Shown in pieces: positions 22,401 through 33,399 of a stretch of 56,579 bases of DNA; positions within the stretch are counted from its first letter, which is position 1; each line of letters starts with the position of its first letter. The DNA comes from Paraspadella gotoi (lineage: Eukaryota; Animalia; Chaetognatha). The notes beneath the pieces were generated by a model, which was not told where the DNA came from, ran no database searches, and saw nothing but the letters and a program-made list of their open reading frames with translations. The translations under genes and the position numbers were made by a program. The DNA lies in contig CM119264.1 in the NCBI GenBank assembly GCA_051294375.1, forward strand, positions 29,231,589 through 29,288,167, given 5' to 3'.

Positions 22401-25144
22401 GGAGACGGTCTTTAGCTCAGCTTCAAATGGGAAAGAGACGCGTCCTGTCGTTCTGTTATTTCTGCTGTTGTTGTTGTTGTTCCTATAGATGGGAGCCGAT
22501 TTTCTCACTTGAAAGTGACGGGTGGCTGCGCAGACTTGAGCATAAGATGGCGTTGATGTTTCAATATTGGGCATGGTATCCTGTTGATACGTACATGTGT
22601 TGAGGTTTTCTTCTTCAGCTTCCTCAATGATATGGCAGATCGGCGCTGGTTTTACTTGTTCAATTGGTGATCCAGAGGACGTGAAAAAGGCGTCGGCCTC
22701 TTTCGCAATATCTTCGATTTTTTTATCATCTTTAATGACGATATTGCGGACATTGTTAGGGAGGGCGTTGGCGAACTTGTACCTAATGATGTCGTCTAAG
22801 GTTAAGTCTTGAGATGTTGCTTTCATGGCCTTAAGCAGTTGTGTCGGGTTTCTCCCGTTTAGGTTTTGAGGTGCCATAAAGCGGGCAACTCGTTGGGCCT
22901 TTTTTTCACCAAAGGCCTCCTTTATGGCGTTCTTGAAGTTATTGTAGTTGTATTTTTCGTCACGAGTTGTATCGGTCATAAAATCGCGAAATAGTTGTCG
23001 ATGTTCCACTGGAATGGCCGCGATTAAGTGGCATTTCTTTTCCTGGGGATCATTGATGTTGCAATTGACGTAGGCGGCGTCAACGATGCTCAACCAGAGC
23101 TCTGGATCTTTGGAGTCGAAGGCCGGAAGTTTTGGCATACGGGATGGGCGTGGTTGTTCTGGTAATGACGCCATTTCGTCACTGTTTGGTGGAGTGAAGG
23201 ATGTGGCCGTTGGGTTGAGTTGTGAAGTATTGTCATGAAAGTTGGTGATGACGTTGCGGGTGATGTCGTGCTGAACTGCATTTTGCTCATCTACATTGGA
23301 AATCCGTCCTTCAAGGTGGTTAATTTTTTCAGCCATGTTGTTGACGACAATGTTGAAGTTTTCCAACATTTGTGCCGTGATGCTTTCAAGCATTTGCTTC
23401 ATGGTATCCATATCGATGAGCTGTTTGGTGGATGTTTCCTCGGAGGTCGACATGTTTGAGTTGTGAGAGGTATTGGTGGAGGAGTTTGAGGTTGAGTAAC
23501 TTAGCCTAAAAGGTGAGGTTGCACGATCTATCCCAAGACGTTCGTGAACGGTTTCAGGGCCGTATTTTCTTGATAAGGGGCTGCGGCTGCGGATGCGCTC
23601 AGCTTTGACGGAGAGATTGGGAGAACAGGAGATGCGGGATTCACGGTTGTCAGCCAGGTTGCGATCTTTGGTCGGGTTCACCACTTTGGAAACCCTCGTC
23701 ACAAAGAATAAAGTCGTTGATTTGATTTAATTAATTTTAATAACTACTTAAAAGGTGAATAACAAGGCAAAGAAAGTTCTACGTTTTATCAACGTATTTA
23801 CAATAATAAAAAGACGATATACTTGTAGAAGATACAACGAGATTAAAAAATGTAGTTGATAACAATAACGCGGTTTTAGTTCTTGGCTTTCTTAACAATG
23901 AGAGAGAGAGAGAAACTTCACAATATAAGGAGAAGAAAAGGTCAGACGACGACGACGACGACGACGACGACTGAGGTCTCACGGTAGTTCGGTGAAAAGG
24001 ATTCTTTGTGACGACGGTCATCTGGTTGACCGAGGTCAACTCGAGTCGCCAGAATCCATTCATTTAATAAATAAGCTATCTTGCCCCTGACTTTGGACAG
24101 GCTTTGGTGGTTTAAGGCCTCCATCACTCTTACAAGATAATGACATAGCAGGTCCCTGCAAGCTTTCAATCAAGACTCTCTCACAGTCTCGTTTATTCAC
24201 TCCCAGAGTACCTGGCTTCCCTATCAATGAAGTGGTATAATATCTCAAAGAATGTTTCAATTGTATGAAAAGACTATTTACTATTTACTATTTAGTATAA
24301 GCCGTATCGCAGGACGTTTGAGAAAATGGTATAAACTTCCCAATGCCGAAAGTCCATTAAACTCGCAGGATGAAGAAAGTAGACGCTATCATAAAATAGT
24401 GTCCGACATTTGAAAAGACCTGTGGGGTAAATCTTGTCCACCCCTCAGCATTCTACCACTCACCATTTCGCTACTCACCCTTCACCCCTCGTTCTTTTAT
24501 CGCTCACCAGTCTCGCCCTTTCTCTCACCAAAGATAGCAGCAGCGGCGGCGTCGTCGGAGTAACCGGCCTTTTCGAAAATATCTTGCGCGTAAAAGTTGA
24601 CTGCGTTGACTCCGCTGAATTGTTGAAAGACCATGAGGCCGAGCGACACGATGAGAGGACGGTAGAGGCGCGGCGATCCCCAGTCTTCGCAGCGCAGCGG
24701 CCGCTGCTGAGAGAGCGTTTCCTGATTGGTGGATATAATTGTTTTTGTTTTATTGTGAAATCGCTTCGAGGATGGGCGTTCAAAAAATAAAAAAAAATAA
24801 AAAAAAATAAATCGTATCAAATCCAGCCTTTGAGGTGCAATTAAATTAAATTCAAATAAAGTTAAATAAATTCAAATAAAGTTAATAAAGATAATTAAAA
24901 TAGAGTTAAGTTTTAAGAGAAATTGATAAAGTTTAATTTAAAAAAAATCAAATCTATGTTGTGCAATTAAGTTAAATTCTAATCAAAGTCATCCCTAACA
25001 CCCACCTGAATTTCGTCCAATTCTCTATGAATTTCTTCGTCGTCTTCGTTCCTAATTCTCTTGAGACTTTCAAAGGCCTCGTGTTGTCTCCCTTGGCTGA
25101 TCAGCCATCGAGGACTCTCTTAAAGGAGAGAAGGGAAAGTTACG

Positions 25145-25202
<58 letters not shown>

Positions 25203-26726
25203 GGATGATAAAGATGGTTACAACCAAGATGGCGGGCGGGATGGCAGAAGCTGCTGTGATCCAGACCCAACCCATTAGTAGACCGAAAATATAGACCGTC
25301 GCCAGACCCATCGTTACAAACAGCTGGTTCATGGATCCTGCAAAGGACATGCACGGACTACAGGGTGATTGTTTACAATTCGTTCGCAAACCACGACATT
25401 TTTTACTGCGGATATCTTGACACGCTATTTTTATGAAATTGTTAACTTAAAATTAAATATTTTTTGTAACCATGATATGACACAGGAATAGAATTACTGA
25501 CAAGTCAATGTCAATACGACAATATGCAAATGAGATTGATGAACTCATTCTCATTTTCGGTTGAATCAAAAGTTAATCTCTTATGATTCTACATGATATT
25601 GTATACATATTGCATCATAATTGTGTTTATTTCTTTAAAATTGATATTGTAATTAATACTATCGCCAATTACTCTTTTCTTACTTCATGTACTTGTCATG
25701 TTTTTCTCCGTATCTTCCATTACATTCTAAATTTCAGTTTACATTCTACATTCTACATTCTCACCCATCGTTCCTCTCCATTTCGCCGGCGCCAGTTCAG
25801 AGAGATAAGTCGGGCTGAGACAAGCGCCGGCGCCCGTCGAGATGCCCGTCAGGATGCGCCCCGTGAAGAGAAGGGCGAGTATGGATGATGGCTAAACAAT
25901 TATATAGATATTTTAATGCTTATTAAACAATAGCTCGCCTTTCTATGTTTTGCCAAGTGATTTGTGGTAATTTAGTATTTAGTATAGCTTCTACATCTTT
26001 TTTGTTTATTTAAATATTGTGCTTTTTTGCTTGACACCACAAATGCATAATCTTCCCCTAATTTTCGCACTTTTTATCTCAACTCGTCCCTTTTGTTTTT
26101 ATTGTTAAACTCACATAATCTTTCCCGACGGCAGAGGCCGCGAGAATCAGCATCCATCCGAAACAAAATGGCAGTCCGACCGCGTAAAAGGAAAGTTTCC
26201 TGCCCAGGCGATCGATGGATCGACCGGCGAGAATGGCGCCTACGATGGCCGCTAGGGGCATGAGCGAGGAAAACCAAGATCCGGCTGGAATGAGGAAATG
26301 AGGGATTGGCTTGGAATGATTGATTGATTGATTGATTTCATATCACTTTTTAACTATATTACATAATCCTAAACCTTAACACATATCCTAATTTTAAAAA
26401 CTAAAAAAACTTTAAACTTTTTAAAAAGAATTTGAGCAACTTTCAAAGATGTCAGTTAATTGGTAAGTATTTAAGATTTGACCTTCTTCGCCGATCAGCC
26501 CTTCCGCCTTCATGTCGGGTAAGGCGGGTGAGGTGAAGCCCAACGCAACTCCAAAGCTGAACGGAACCATGCAGCAGATCGTCGCCGACGTCCACAGCAG
26601 CACCGCGGGTGGGAACGACAGCAGCGGCGGCGGAGACGGCGATTCCAGCGGCGGGGTAGGAGACGGGGGGCGTGGCGGCGTCGGCGATAGGCGGCGCGGC
26701 GGCGTTGTTTTATCCAGCGTCGCCAT
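10824..26726 (-). CDS. MFS sugar porter, SLC2A6/SLC2A8 (GLUT8)/Tret1-like; 9 coding exons
   Basis: Phase-consistent GT-AG exons: 26726-26483, 26284-26115, 25891-25765, 25337-25200, 25118-25006, 24721-24529, (gap)~13027-12885, 12113-11965, 11021-10824. Motifs: GFTSPALP, DRLGRK, GRILTG, YLSELAP..RG, PESPRWL, FQQFSGVNAVNFY, DFSGRR, GFGPIPW.MMSEVFP, VPETKG. The start of exon 7 falls in the N gap at 13028-13037. Confidence 0.93.
12530..12650. mobile_element. Penelope-like pseudo-LTR fragment with inverted 3' tail copy
   Basis: Perfect 33-bp inverted repeat (12530-12562 / 12618-12650) enclosing the hammerhead motif. Confidence 0.6.
12568..12609 (+). ncRNA. Minimal type I hammerhead ribozyme motif (Penelope pseudo-LTR type)
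   Basis: CTGAAGA-A-GACTC[GTATGT]GAGTC-GAA-ACATGT-C. Palindromic stem III, GUC cleavage triplet, short stem I (GCG/CGT), followed by AATAAA. Confidence 0.7.
13052..13435 (+). repeat. Diverged copy (1 unit plus partial second unit) of the 325-bp repeat family
   Basis: ATGAAATTGGTAC at 13052 and 13343. The body aligns by eye with 18109-18433. Confidence 0.85.
14838..17384 (+). CDS. Golgi-type carbohydrate sulfotransferase, Sulfotransfer_2 (HNK-1ST/CHST8-14-like) family; nested antisense gene, 4 coding exons
   Basis: Exons 14838-15121, 15628-15754, 16146-16339, ~16937-17384. N-terminal TM anchor, 5'-PSB CTVPKTGSTNW, 3'-PB RHPLERVLSTY, HYAP...CQSC, C-terminal LYAIDYELFGY. Confidence 0.9.
17402..17730 (-). 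mobile_element. Second Helentron/HINE-like element with CCCTAA-like core
   Basis: Subterminal inverted repeats GAGAGCGCCCCATTTC (17419-17434) / GAAATGGAGCGTTCTT (17694-17709), a terminal hairpin, and homology to 6366-6760. Confidence 0.55.
18109..18467 (+). repeat. 325-bp repeat unit plus start of second unit (interrupted by the Gypsy element)
   Basis: TATGAAATTGGTACAACC at 18109 and 18434. The second unit resumes at 24054. Confidence 0.9.
18468..18836 (-). repeat. 3' LTR (369 bp)
   Basis: No difference from 23685-24053 found by eye. Preceded on the minus strand by the PPT. Confidence 0.95.
18819..22323 (-). CDS. pol: Pol polyprotein (protease, RT, RNase H, integrase) with a 1-nt frameshift at ~20007-20009
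   Basis: Motifs: LIDSGA, RPCGDYRRLN, YLDD, TVDAS, DRELLA, ADALSR, HHCC, HVDLVGP / SDRGAQF / NGLVER, GPF. ORFs 19993..22227 and 18819..20195 join at HNYL/LTCID. Confidence 0.93.
18837..18848 (-). promoter_or_regulatory. Polypurine tract
   Basis: GGGGGGGGGATG immediately upstream of the 3' LTR on the minus strand. Confidence 0.85.
22279..22323 (-). promoter_or_regulatory. Programmed -1 ribosomal frameshift signal (gag-pol)
   Basis: In-frame G_GGA_AAC heptamer (22323-22317), 6-nt spacer and GCCGGCAGC...GCTGCCGGC stem. The -1 frame is open into the protease. Confidence 0.85.
22293..23453 (-). CDS. gag: Gag protein
   Basis: First ATG after the PBS at 23453. Contains KLPAFDSKDPELW and the C-terminal CGYHRRFGDRARNCRDGC (CHCC). 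Confidence 0.9.
   Translation of the reverse strand: MSTSEETSTKQLIDMDTMKQMLESITAQMLENFNIVVNNMAEKINHLEGRISNVDEQNAVQHDITRNVITNFHDNTSQLNPTATSFTPPNSDEMASLPEQPRPSRMPKLPAFDSKDPELWLSIVDAAYVNCNINDPQEKKCHLIAAIPVEHRQLFRDFMTDTTRDEKYNYNNFKNAIKEAFGEKKAQRVARFMAPQNLNGRNPTQLLKAMKATSQDLTLDDIIRYKFANALPNNVRNIVIKDDKKIEDIAKEADAFFTSSGSPIEQVKPAPICHIIEEAEEENLNTCTYQQDTMPNIETSTPSYAQVCAATRHFQVRKSAPIYRNNNNNSRNNRTTGRVSFPFEAELKTVSNGKSICGYHRRFGDRARNCRDGCEHRGNGTAGSRQ
23671..23683 (-). promoter_or_regulatory. Primer binding site, tRNA-Trp-like
   Basis: TGGTGAACCCGAC starts 1 nt after the 5' LTR and resembles the tRNA-Trp PBS TGGTGACCCCGAC. Confidence 0.8.
23685..24053 (-). repeat. 5' LTR (369 bp)
   Basis: Direct repeat of 18468-18836, followed on the minus strand by the PBS. 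Confidence 0.95.
24054..24274 (+). repeat. Remainder of the interrupted 325-bp repeat unit
   Basis: Near-identical to 18139-18359. Confidence 0.9.
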
Positions 26727-26765
26727 TGGGATGTTGAGGGGCAGAACCGGAAGTGAGCAATGGAC

Positions 26766-26801
<36 letters not shown>

Positions 26802-27048
26802 TAAAAATAGAAAAAAAAAATAAGGAAAAGTTTAGTTTAAAAAAACAAAAATTAACAAAAAAAGTTTGTTTTGGTTTCTTTTTTCATTTTAATCAAAATT
26901 AAAGCCGCCTCTTTAATCTTCGGACTTCAAAAATATCTTTTCTTCTATCTTATCACAAATTAACAGATAATAGAATTTTAAACCTGTCCAGGTAATTAAA
27001 ATGTGAAAATAAAGAAGAAACTTGGCTGTGTTTACCAGTAAGAAAGTG

Positions 27049-27113
<65 letters not shown>

Positions 27114-27523
27114 CAGTCGCAATCAATAACCGCAAAAAGTGTAATTATCTGAAAAATGAATCCGCGATTAGAATTGGATAATATTCTTAATCCGTTAAAT
27201 AAACTTTAAATCAATCGATATCTGATTTAATTTAAAAATTCGTGTGGAACTCAGTTGATATGATCGATCTAATGTTAATTTTATGTTGAGTTTTTTCTAG
27301 AGGCATTTATAGAATTATATTTATTAGCGTTGGACGACAACCAGAAACTATAGTTATAATTTTTTCCCCCATGACGTTTTAATATATTCGTGGTTATTAT
27401 AATACTTATAATACTTATAATACTTTTATTTATCACCTGTTTCAGAGAAAAATAAATCTAGTTCCGTTTAAATTCTGTTTTGGCCAATTAAAAATACGGA
27501 AATATTTGGATTAAATTTGAAAA

Positions 27524-29606
27524 ATGACATTTTCCGTCAACATTGCGTTTGTTTTATTCGGACTTTTAGTCGCGAAAATCGAAGCGAACCAAATCTATCG
27601 CAAAACTGGTAAAAAAAAACATAAAAATGTTGAACAAATAAATGAGGCATTTTGCAGAGAGACGGTAAATCGGGGTTAAAATTTGGATCAATTATTATCT
27701 GAGAGAGAGAGAGAGAGAGAAAAAAAAAATAGGCCAACATATTTTTCATTCATTTTAATCAATTTACATTAATTTTCATAAATTTACATTAATTTACATT
27801 AATTTACATCTTTATTTCAGCTTACACTCTCGCTTCTACTCAAGGCTTAATTCCAAACCTCACAGTCCCGACCTTAATTCACTGCGCGAAGCTTTCTAAT
27901 TCACCCGAATTTTTCGTCGAGGTAAAAAAAATAAATAAATTCTATTCATTTTTTATTAATTGATTGCTTCGTTTCCAAATTATCAGGCAGTTGTGAAAAA
28001 GGACGTTAAAGAATTAAAGTGTTTCCTTTATTCACCGCCGATCAATTTGAAAATGAGAGGAGCATCAGATATTTCCATCTACACGACAGGTTAGATATGG
28101 GTCATTACTTTTCTCCGCTCTTTGCTAAGTTAAATCAAAACCAATCAATATAAAATTTGAATGTATAAATGATTTAGGTTTTTACTACAAAAAAAAAACT
28201 TTTCAGATTAAAAAATCTTTAAAGTTTGCAAATGACGATTTTTTTTTAGCGGCGGACGGTCACTTTGTAGAGGTCATTAGTTAGAGAGAATTCCTCAGAT
28301 GACCTAAAAGTTTAAACGATTAAAAAATGACCATAACAGCAACGAAGAGTTAGGGCGTTTTTTAAAGTTCGGGGAAAAGTTGTTCAATTCAATATAAAAA
28401 TAGTTCATTTCGTCCTAAATTGACAACAATTTCTCCGTAATTGGAAAATTATCAATTTCATCGATAAATAAGCTGGGACAGCTGAAAGAGTTACCAGAAT
28501 TTCAAGATAAGTTTTCATCCTAGGGATAATAACTATCACTCTCGTATGTGTCTTGTGAACTTCCATTCAGCGGTCAACTGTGAATCAAAGATCGATTCAT
28601 CCGTTGAAACCGAAGAAAATGGAATCGTGAGAATCAGAAACGATTGTATTCCGTTTTACCGACCGACTGGTGAGTTTTTGTACAATCTATAGTATTTTTT
28701 GAACTAGCTGTATTATCTTTTTTTAATCTGTAGTATTTTAATGTCAAGTATTAATCGAAATCGATCCCTTTTTCTGGAAAAGAAAATAGATAAAATCTTT
28801 CTAAATGAGCAAGCGCTATCGACGTATATATATATGTATATATTATGTTAATCAAGAACATTTCCTTTCCTCTTATCACTTTAGTTGGACTTTGCGATTC
28901 TGGTCACTACCTCGTCGATCTATTGGGGTATTTATTATTTATATTACTTCGTTTAATTTAAATTGTAAACATTTTTGTTATTTGTTGTGTGAATTTAGCT
29001 TCATTCAATATAAACCAAGTTGTGGATATGTAAATAAGTCTGATGTGGCTGATCTGTGGTTTTCTGTTAATGTGATAATCATAAAATTAGTAAGTATTTC
29101 TACTATTTGTAATTAAATAATATCAAATCATGAATCTAAATCTCTCAATCTAATCAAATCTAATCAAATCAAATCCTAAATCTAAATCTCATAAATCTAA
29201 TTCTTGGTTCTGATTCCATCTGAAATGATCAAATAAAATCAAATCCTGAATCTAAATCTCATTATTAAATCTATTCAAATCAAATCCTAAATCTAAATCT
29301 CAGCATGTATTCAAATCCTAAATCCGAAATCTAAATCCCAGCCACGTTTTGTGTCTCGGCGCCAAATCCCCTTCTTCGCTTCCATCCATTTCCATCGACG
29401 CCATCATGGAATCTCTTTCCCTCTGGCACGACATATTGCGCTGCCACGCCCCCTTTACCGGCGCCGGACTGGACGGCCTCGCGGCGCCGCAGTGCAATCC
29501 ACATGGAGTGTTACCTTGCTGCGCCCCCAGCGGACACTGCGGCAAAACGACGGACCACTGCGATTGTGCCTCATGCGTCGATTATAGGAAGACGCCCATC
29601 AAGTGA
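27524..29606 (+). CDS. Predicted secreted 231-aa protein with possible PAN-like N-terminal region and C-terminal hevein/chitin-binding type-1-like Cys-rich domain
   Basis: Six GT-AG exons with matching phases: 27524-27608, 27821-27921, 27987-28089, 28571-28669, 28885-28927, 29342-29606. Signal peptide MTFSVNIAFVLFGLLVAKIEA. C-terminus W..ILRC...QCNP....PCCAPSGHCGKTTDHCDCASCVDYR. Confidence 0.8.
29125..29338 (+). repeat. AAATCT/AAATC simple tandem repeat (intronic)
   Basis: Visible repetition up to the acceptor of the last exon. Confidence 0.8.
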
Positions 29607-30802
29607 TAATGATAAGGATGTTGACGTTGATGATTATGATGATGATGACGATGATGATGATCAGGAAGATGATGATTATAATGATGATGATTATTATTAT
29701 AATGATGATGATGATGATTGATCATAATGATGATAATGATTGATCATAATGATGATGGTGATTGATGATAAAAAGGACGATGTTGATGATGATTTTGGTG
29801 GCATAATATTATTTGATATCATTATTCCCTTTCATCCCTCAACTTTCATTTTTAGGATTTACGTTCCGCATAGTTTGGTGGAAATAATCGAATATTATTA
29901 ACGACGAAAATTAATTATTGATTATTATTATTAATTATTGTCAACATTTAACTGGTTTCCTCATCTTTTTCAGTCTGTCAAATAATTGAACAATTCATGA
30001 CCTGCTAATAATATTTTTTTCATTAATAAAATTACAAAACCCATTTTTTTGCTTGCTATTCTTATAATCTGCGATGTAACAATACGAAAATCTCACGATG
30101 TTTAAGTTTTGAGTCAAGTTCTAATTCAATTAAAAAATAGTTTTAAAGATTATTTTGACAAAATTAATATTATTAACATATTATCAGATGAACGCGCGAT
30201 TACTATTTTCGTCAATTAGTTGAAACAGATATTGGTAAAATTGTTGATCACGAAATTCCGTTAATAAATCGATGTTATTTTGTCTCTGTATGAGTTTTCC
30301 TTTACGTCAGGTGCTTCCCTCTGGCGTCGGAATGACTGAAACTCAATCTGGATTTTTTTTGGTCATTTTTCTGTCAATTATTTAATTTTTTCGCACTTGT
30401 TTTAACTGTCTTTAAAAATCGATTGTTGTACCCAACTAGTAAACTTTTTATATCCTTACAAATGTCAATCTAAATGACCAAATAATCTGTTTCTCTCTTA
30501 TTTTCTCATACCCTGTCTCGCTCTATATCTCTGTCTCGCTCTCTCTTTCCCTCGTATTTTCCATTCCGATCGCACGAATCTCCTTCCCTTTAGAAATGAA
30601 CTTATCGATCGAATTTCGACCAAAAACGAAAAAAAAATTAAAAAAAAAAAAAAAACACGAAATGACGTCATGATCAGGATTCTCATTAATACTAAATTGT
30701 TGCCTGCATTTGGAATCGCGGACCGGGGCTGAAAAAAGCCCAGCCTCCAGGGCTCACTGCTTTTAGACCAGCATAAATTAATGAAAGGGAAACTTTTTGA
30801 AT

Positions 30803-30903
30803 CATCATCGTCGTCTTCGTCGTCGTCTTCGTCGTCGTCTTCGTCGTCGTCTTCGTCGTCGTCTTCGTCGTCGTCTTCGTCGTCGTCTTCGTCGTCGTCG
30901 TCG
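30803..30903 (+). repeat. (TCGTCGTCGTCT)n microsatellite
   Basis: Regular 12-bp higher-order TCN repeat. Confidence 0.9.
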
Positions 30904-31110
30904 CGACTTCTTTTTAACTTCGTTGTTCCAAAAAAAAGAAAGAAAAAAAAAAAACTGGTTTAGTTGATGATCGAGAAAAACTCGAAAGTAAAAAGTAAAA
31001 CTGGGAATTTTCTCGATCCATGAGTCAAAAGCGATTTTGTTTCCGATCTTACCTCAAAAACGAAACAATAGGAAAAACAATTCATTCTCCCATAAAAACG
31101 ACTAAAAAAA

Positions 31111-32257
31111 ATGTTTCTCTCTCACTCCATCTCCCTCTTTCTCTCTCTCTGTCTCCTGACCCCACGTGACTCCGTCCAAGACGTTTACCTCCAAAATCCG
31201 CGCGGAAGCAACAACCGTCTTAATGAACGGACACGTCCACGCGCCAACGCCAATCGTCTCTTCGACTCGCAGAATAATCAAAGGGGCGGATACAACAAGG
31301 GCGATGGAGGCCCAATGAGGTGAAAATAAGGAGAGGATAGGTAAGGCATGGGTGGGTAAGGCATAAAGTAACTTACTTTTTATTTTGGATTGTTTATTTC
31401 TTAATACTCGAATGGATAACATTAACATTAGTTCTTTCTTTGTGTGATTCAACCCTAAATCATTCTTAGCATTCAATAATAATAAATTTGCGTATTTTTT
31501 GGTATTAAAAGACCTCCATCTCTCTTAAAATAAATATATCACAAATATAGATATCTATACGATTAAAATCTTTTTTGTGAAAGTTTGGACGAATCCAATA
31601 AACATTTGACAATAGGCCCGCCTACCACTAACTATTTCTTACCCTCCCCTCTCTCAATTACTGCCCATCACTTTCCCATCGCCGCCCCTGTCATCGCCCT
31701 CTGTCATCTCTTCCATATCATCGAACTCCGATCCCGCCTGTCATCGCCTCGGGCCCCCTTTGTCATTACTCCCCAATCAACGCCTCCCCACCCGCTTTTT
31801 TATCGCCCCCTTCCCTTCTGTCTTCACTCCCAACCACCCTCTGTCAACGCTCACCTTTTGTTATCGCCTCCCCCTACCCCACCCATCTGGTCCCACCTCC
31901 CACCTTAGTTACTACGAAGCATCCCGCCTCCAAATTCAGTGGACGAATCAGCATTCCTGCGGCGTCGGGGCGGAGGCGCTGTGCGAAGTCATCATTCAAT
32001 ACAAATGCGGCTCTGATTTGCGGGACGGCAGCAGCACTAATACCATCACGGAACAAGGGGCCGGCCAGAACAACGGGCGACACGAAAGCCCCGACGACTT
32101 CAAGTATAAGATTATTTGAACAATTAATTTATTTCAATAAATTAGGTATTTAATTAAAAAAATGGATTTTTTTTTTTTGACAGGGCGTGCAGCGAAACGA
32201 GTCGGAACCTCAACTTGTTTACTGCCGATCAGAATTTAAAGAGGAACGACGCCAGGT

Positions 32258-32336
<79 letters not shown>

Positions 32337-33274
32337 CACAAAATAAATGCAAAAATCTCATTTTTTTTTAAGGGCGACGCGTCAAAATCCCAACGGACAG
32401 CGCTACGGACTTGAATGTCCGGAGGAAAGAGACTATTACCCGTGAGTGTCGAATGTTGGTCACTGAGAGGGTGCACGGTGCAGTGTGGGCCAAATTTTGG
32501 GTCACATTGTGGGTCACATTGTGGGTCAGAATGAAGGAAGGTTATTTTTGATGATTTTGACCCTTGGTTTTCCAAAAGAAGTAGAATCATTAATTCTCCT
32601 GTTGATCTCTTCTCTCTTCATTTTCTCTCCTCTTTTTTTCCCTCTCCCCATCCTCTTCCTCTTCCCCTTTCTCTTCCCCATCCTCTTCCCTATCCTCTTC
32701 CCATATCCTCTTCCTTTCCCCATCCTTTTCCTCTTCCCATCCTCTACCCATCCTCTTTTCCTTCCCCATTCATCCCCCTCCCAACCTCTTCCTCTTCCCC
32801 ATCCTTTTCCTCTTCCCCATCCTCTTCCCAATCCTCTTCCTCTTTCCCATCCTCTTTCTTTTCCTGATCGTCTTCCTCTTCCCCATCTTTCTTCCTCTTC
32901 TCCATCCTCTTCTTCTTTTCCATCCCTGTTCCTCTTCCCCATCCTCTTTCTCTTTCCCATCCTCTTCCCCATCCTCTTCCTCTTCCCCATTCTCTTCCTC
33001 TTCTCCATCCTCTTCTTCTTTCCCATCCTGTTCCTCCTTCCCCATCCTCTTCCTCATCATTTTCCTCTTCCCCATCCTCTTCCTCAGCTACTGGCGTCCA
33101 ACCGGCTGGGTCGACGTCGCCATCCTGACCACCGACGTCACCAGATGTGATTTTTACAAAAGTGAGAGTGAAAACGTGAAGCGACGATTCTCTTGCGTCG
33201 GCATGAATAAAGGTAAGTGAATCGATCTGTTTTAAGATGTACCACCTCTGGAAACATTGTCCTCTCTCACTTTG

Positions 33275-33305
<31 letters not shown>

Positions 33306-33359
33306 ATATGTATAGTATTAATATACCTTCTGTCTCTCTCTCTTCTCCTATGTAATATG

Positions 33360-33399
<40 letters not shown>

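Larger units (their letters stand above)
18468..24053 (-). mobile_element. Full-length Ty3/Gypsy LTR retrotransposon, CsRN1/Kabuki/Boudicca-like clade
   Basis: Two 369-bp LTRs and 4-bp TSD ATCC (18464-18467 / 24054-24057). PBS, PPT, Gag with CHCC knuckle, and Pol order PR-RT-RH-IN are present. Confidence 0.96.

Noticed and set aside
23454-23702. 83-aa N-terminal extension of Gag in the ORF track
   Set aside because: It starts at a GTG inside the LTR and crosses the PBS; the first ATG is at 23453.
24296-24420. Candidate transporter exon after the CCCCACAG acceptor
   Set aside because: The in-phase translation is not transporter-like and stops; the expected next helix maps to the gap at ~13030.
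32485-33150. Pro/Phe-rich and GKRKRM-repeat ORFs
   Set aside because: Intronic minisatellite of the DD3-3-like gene.
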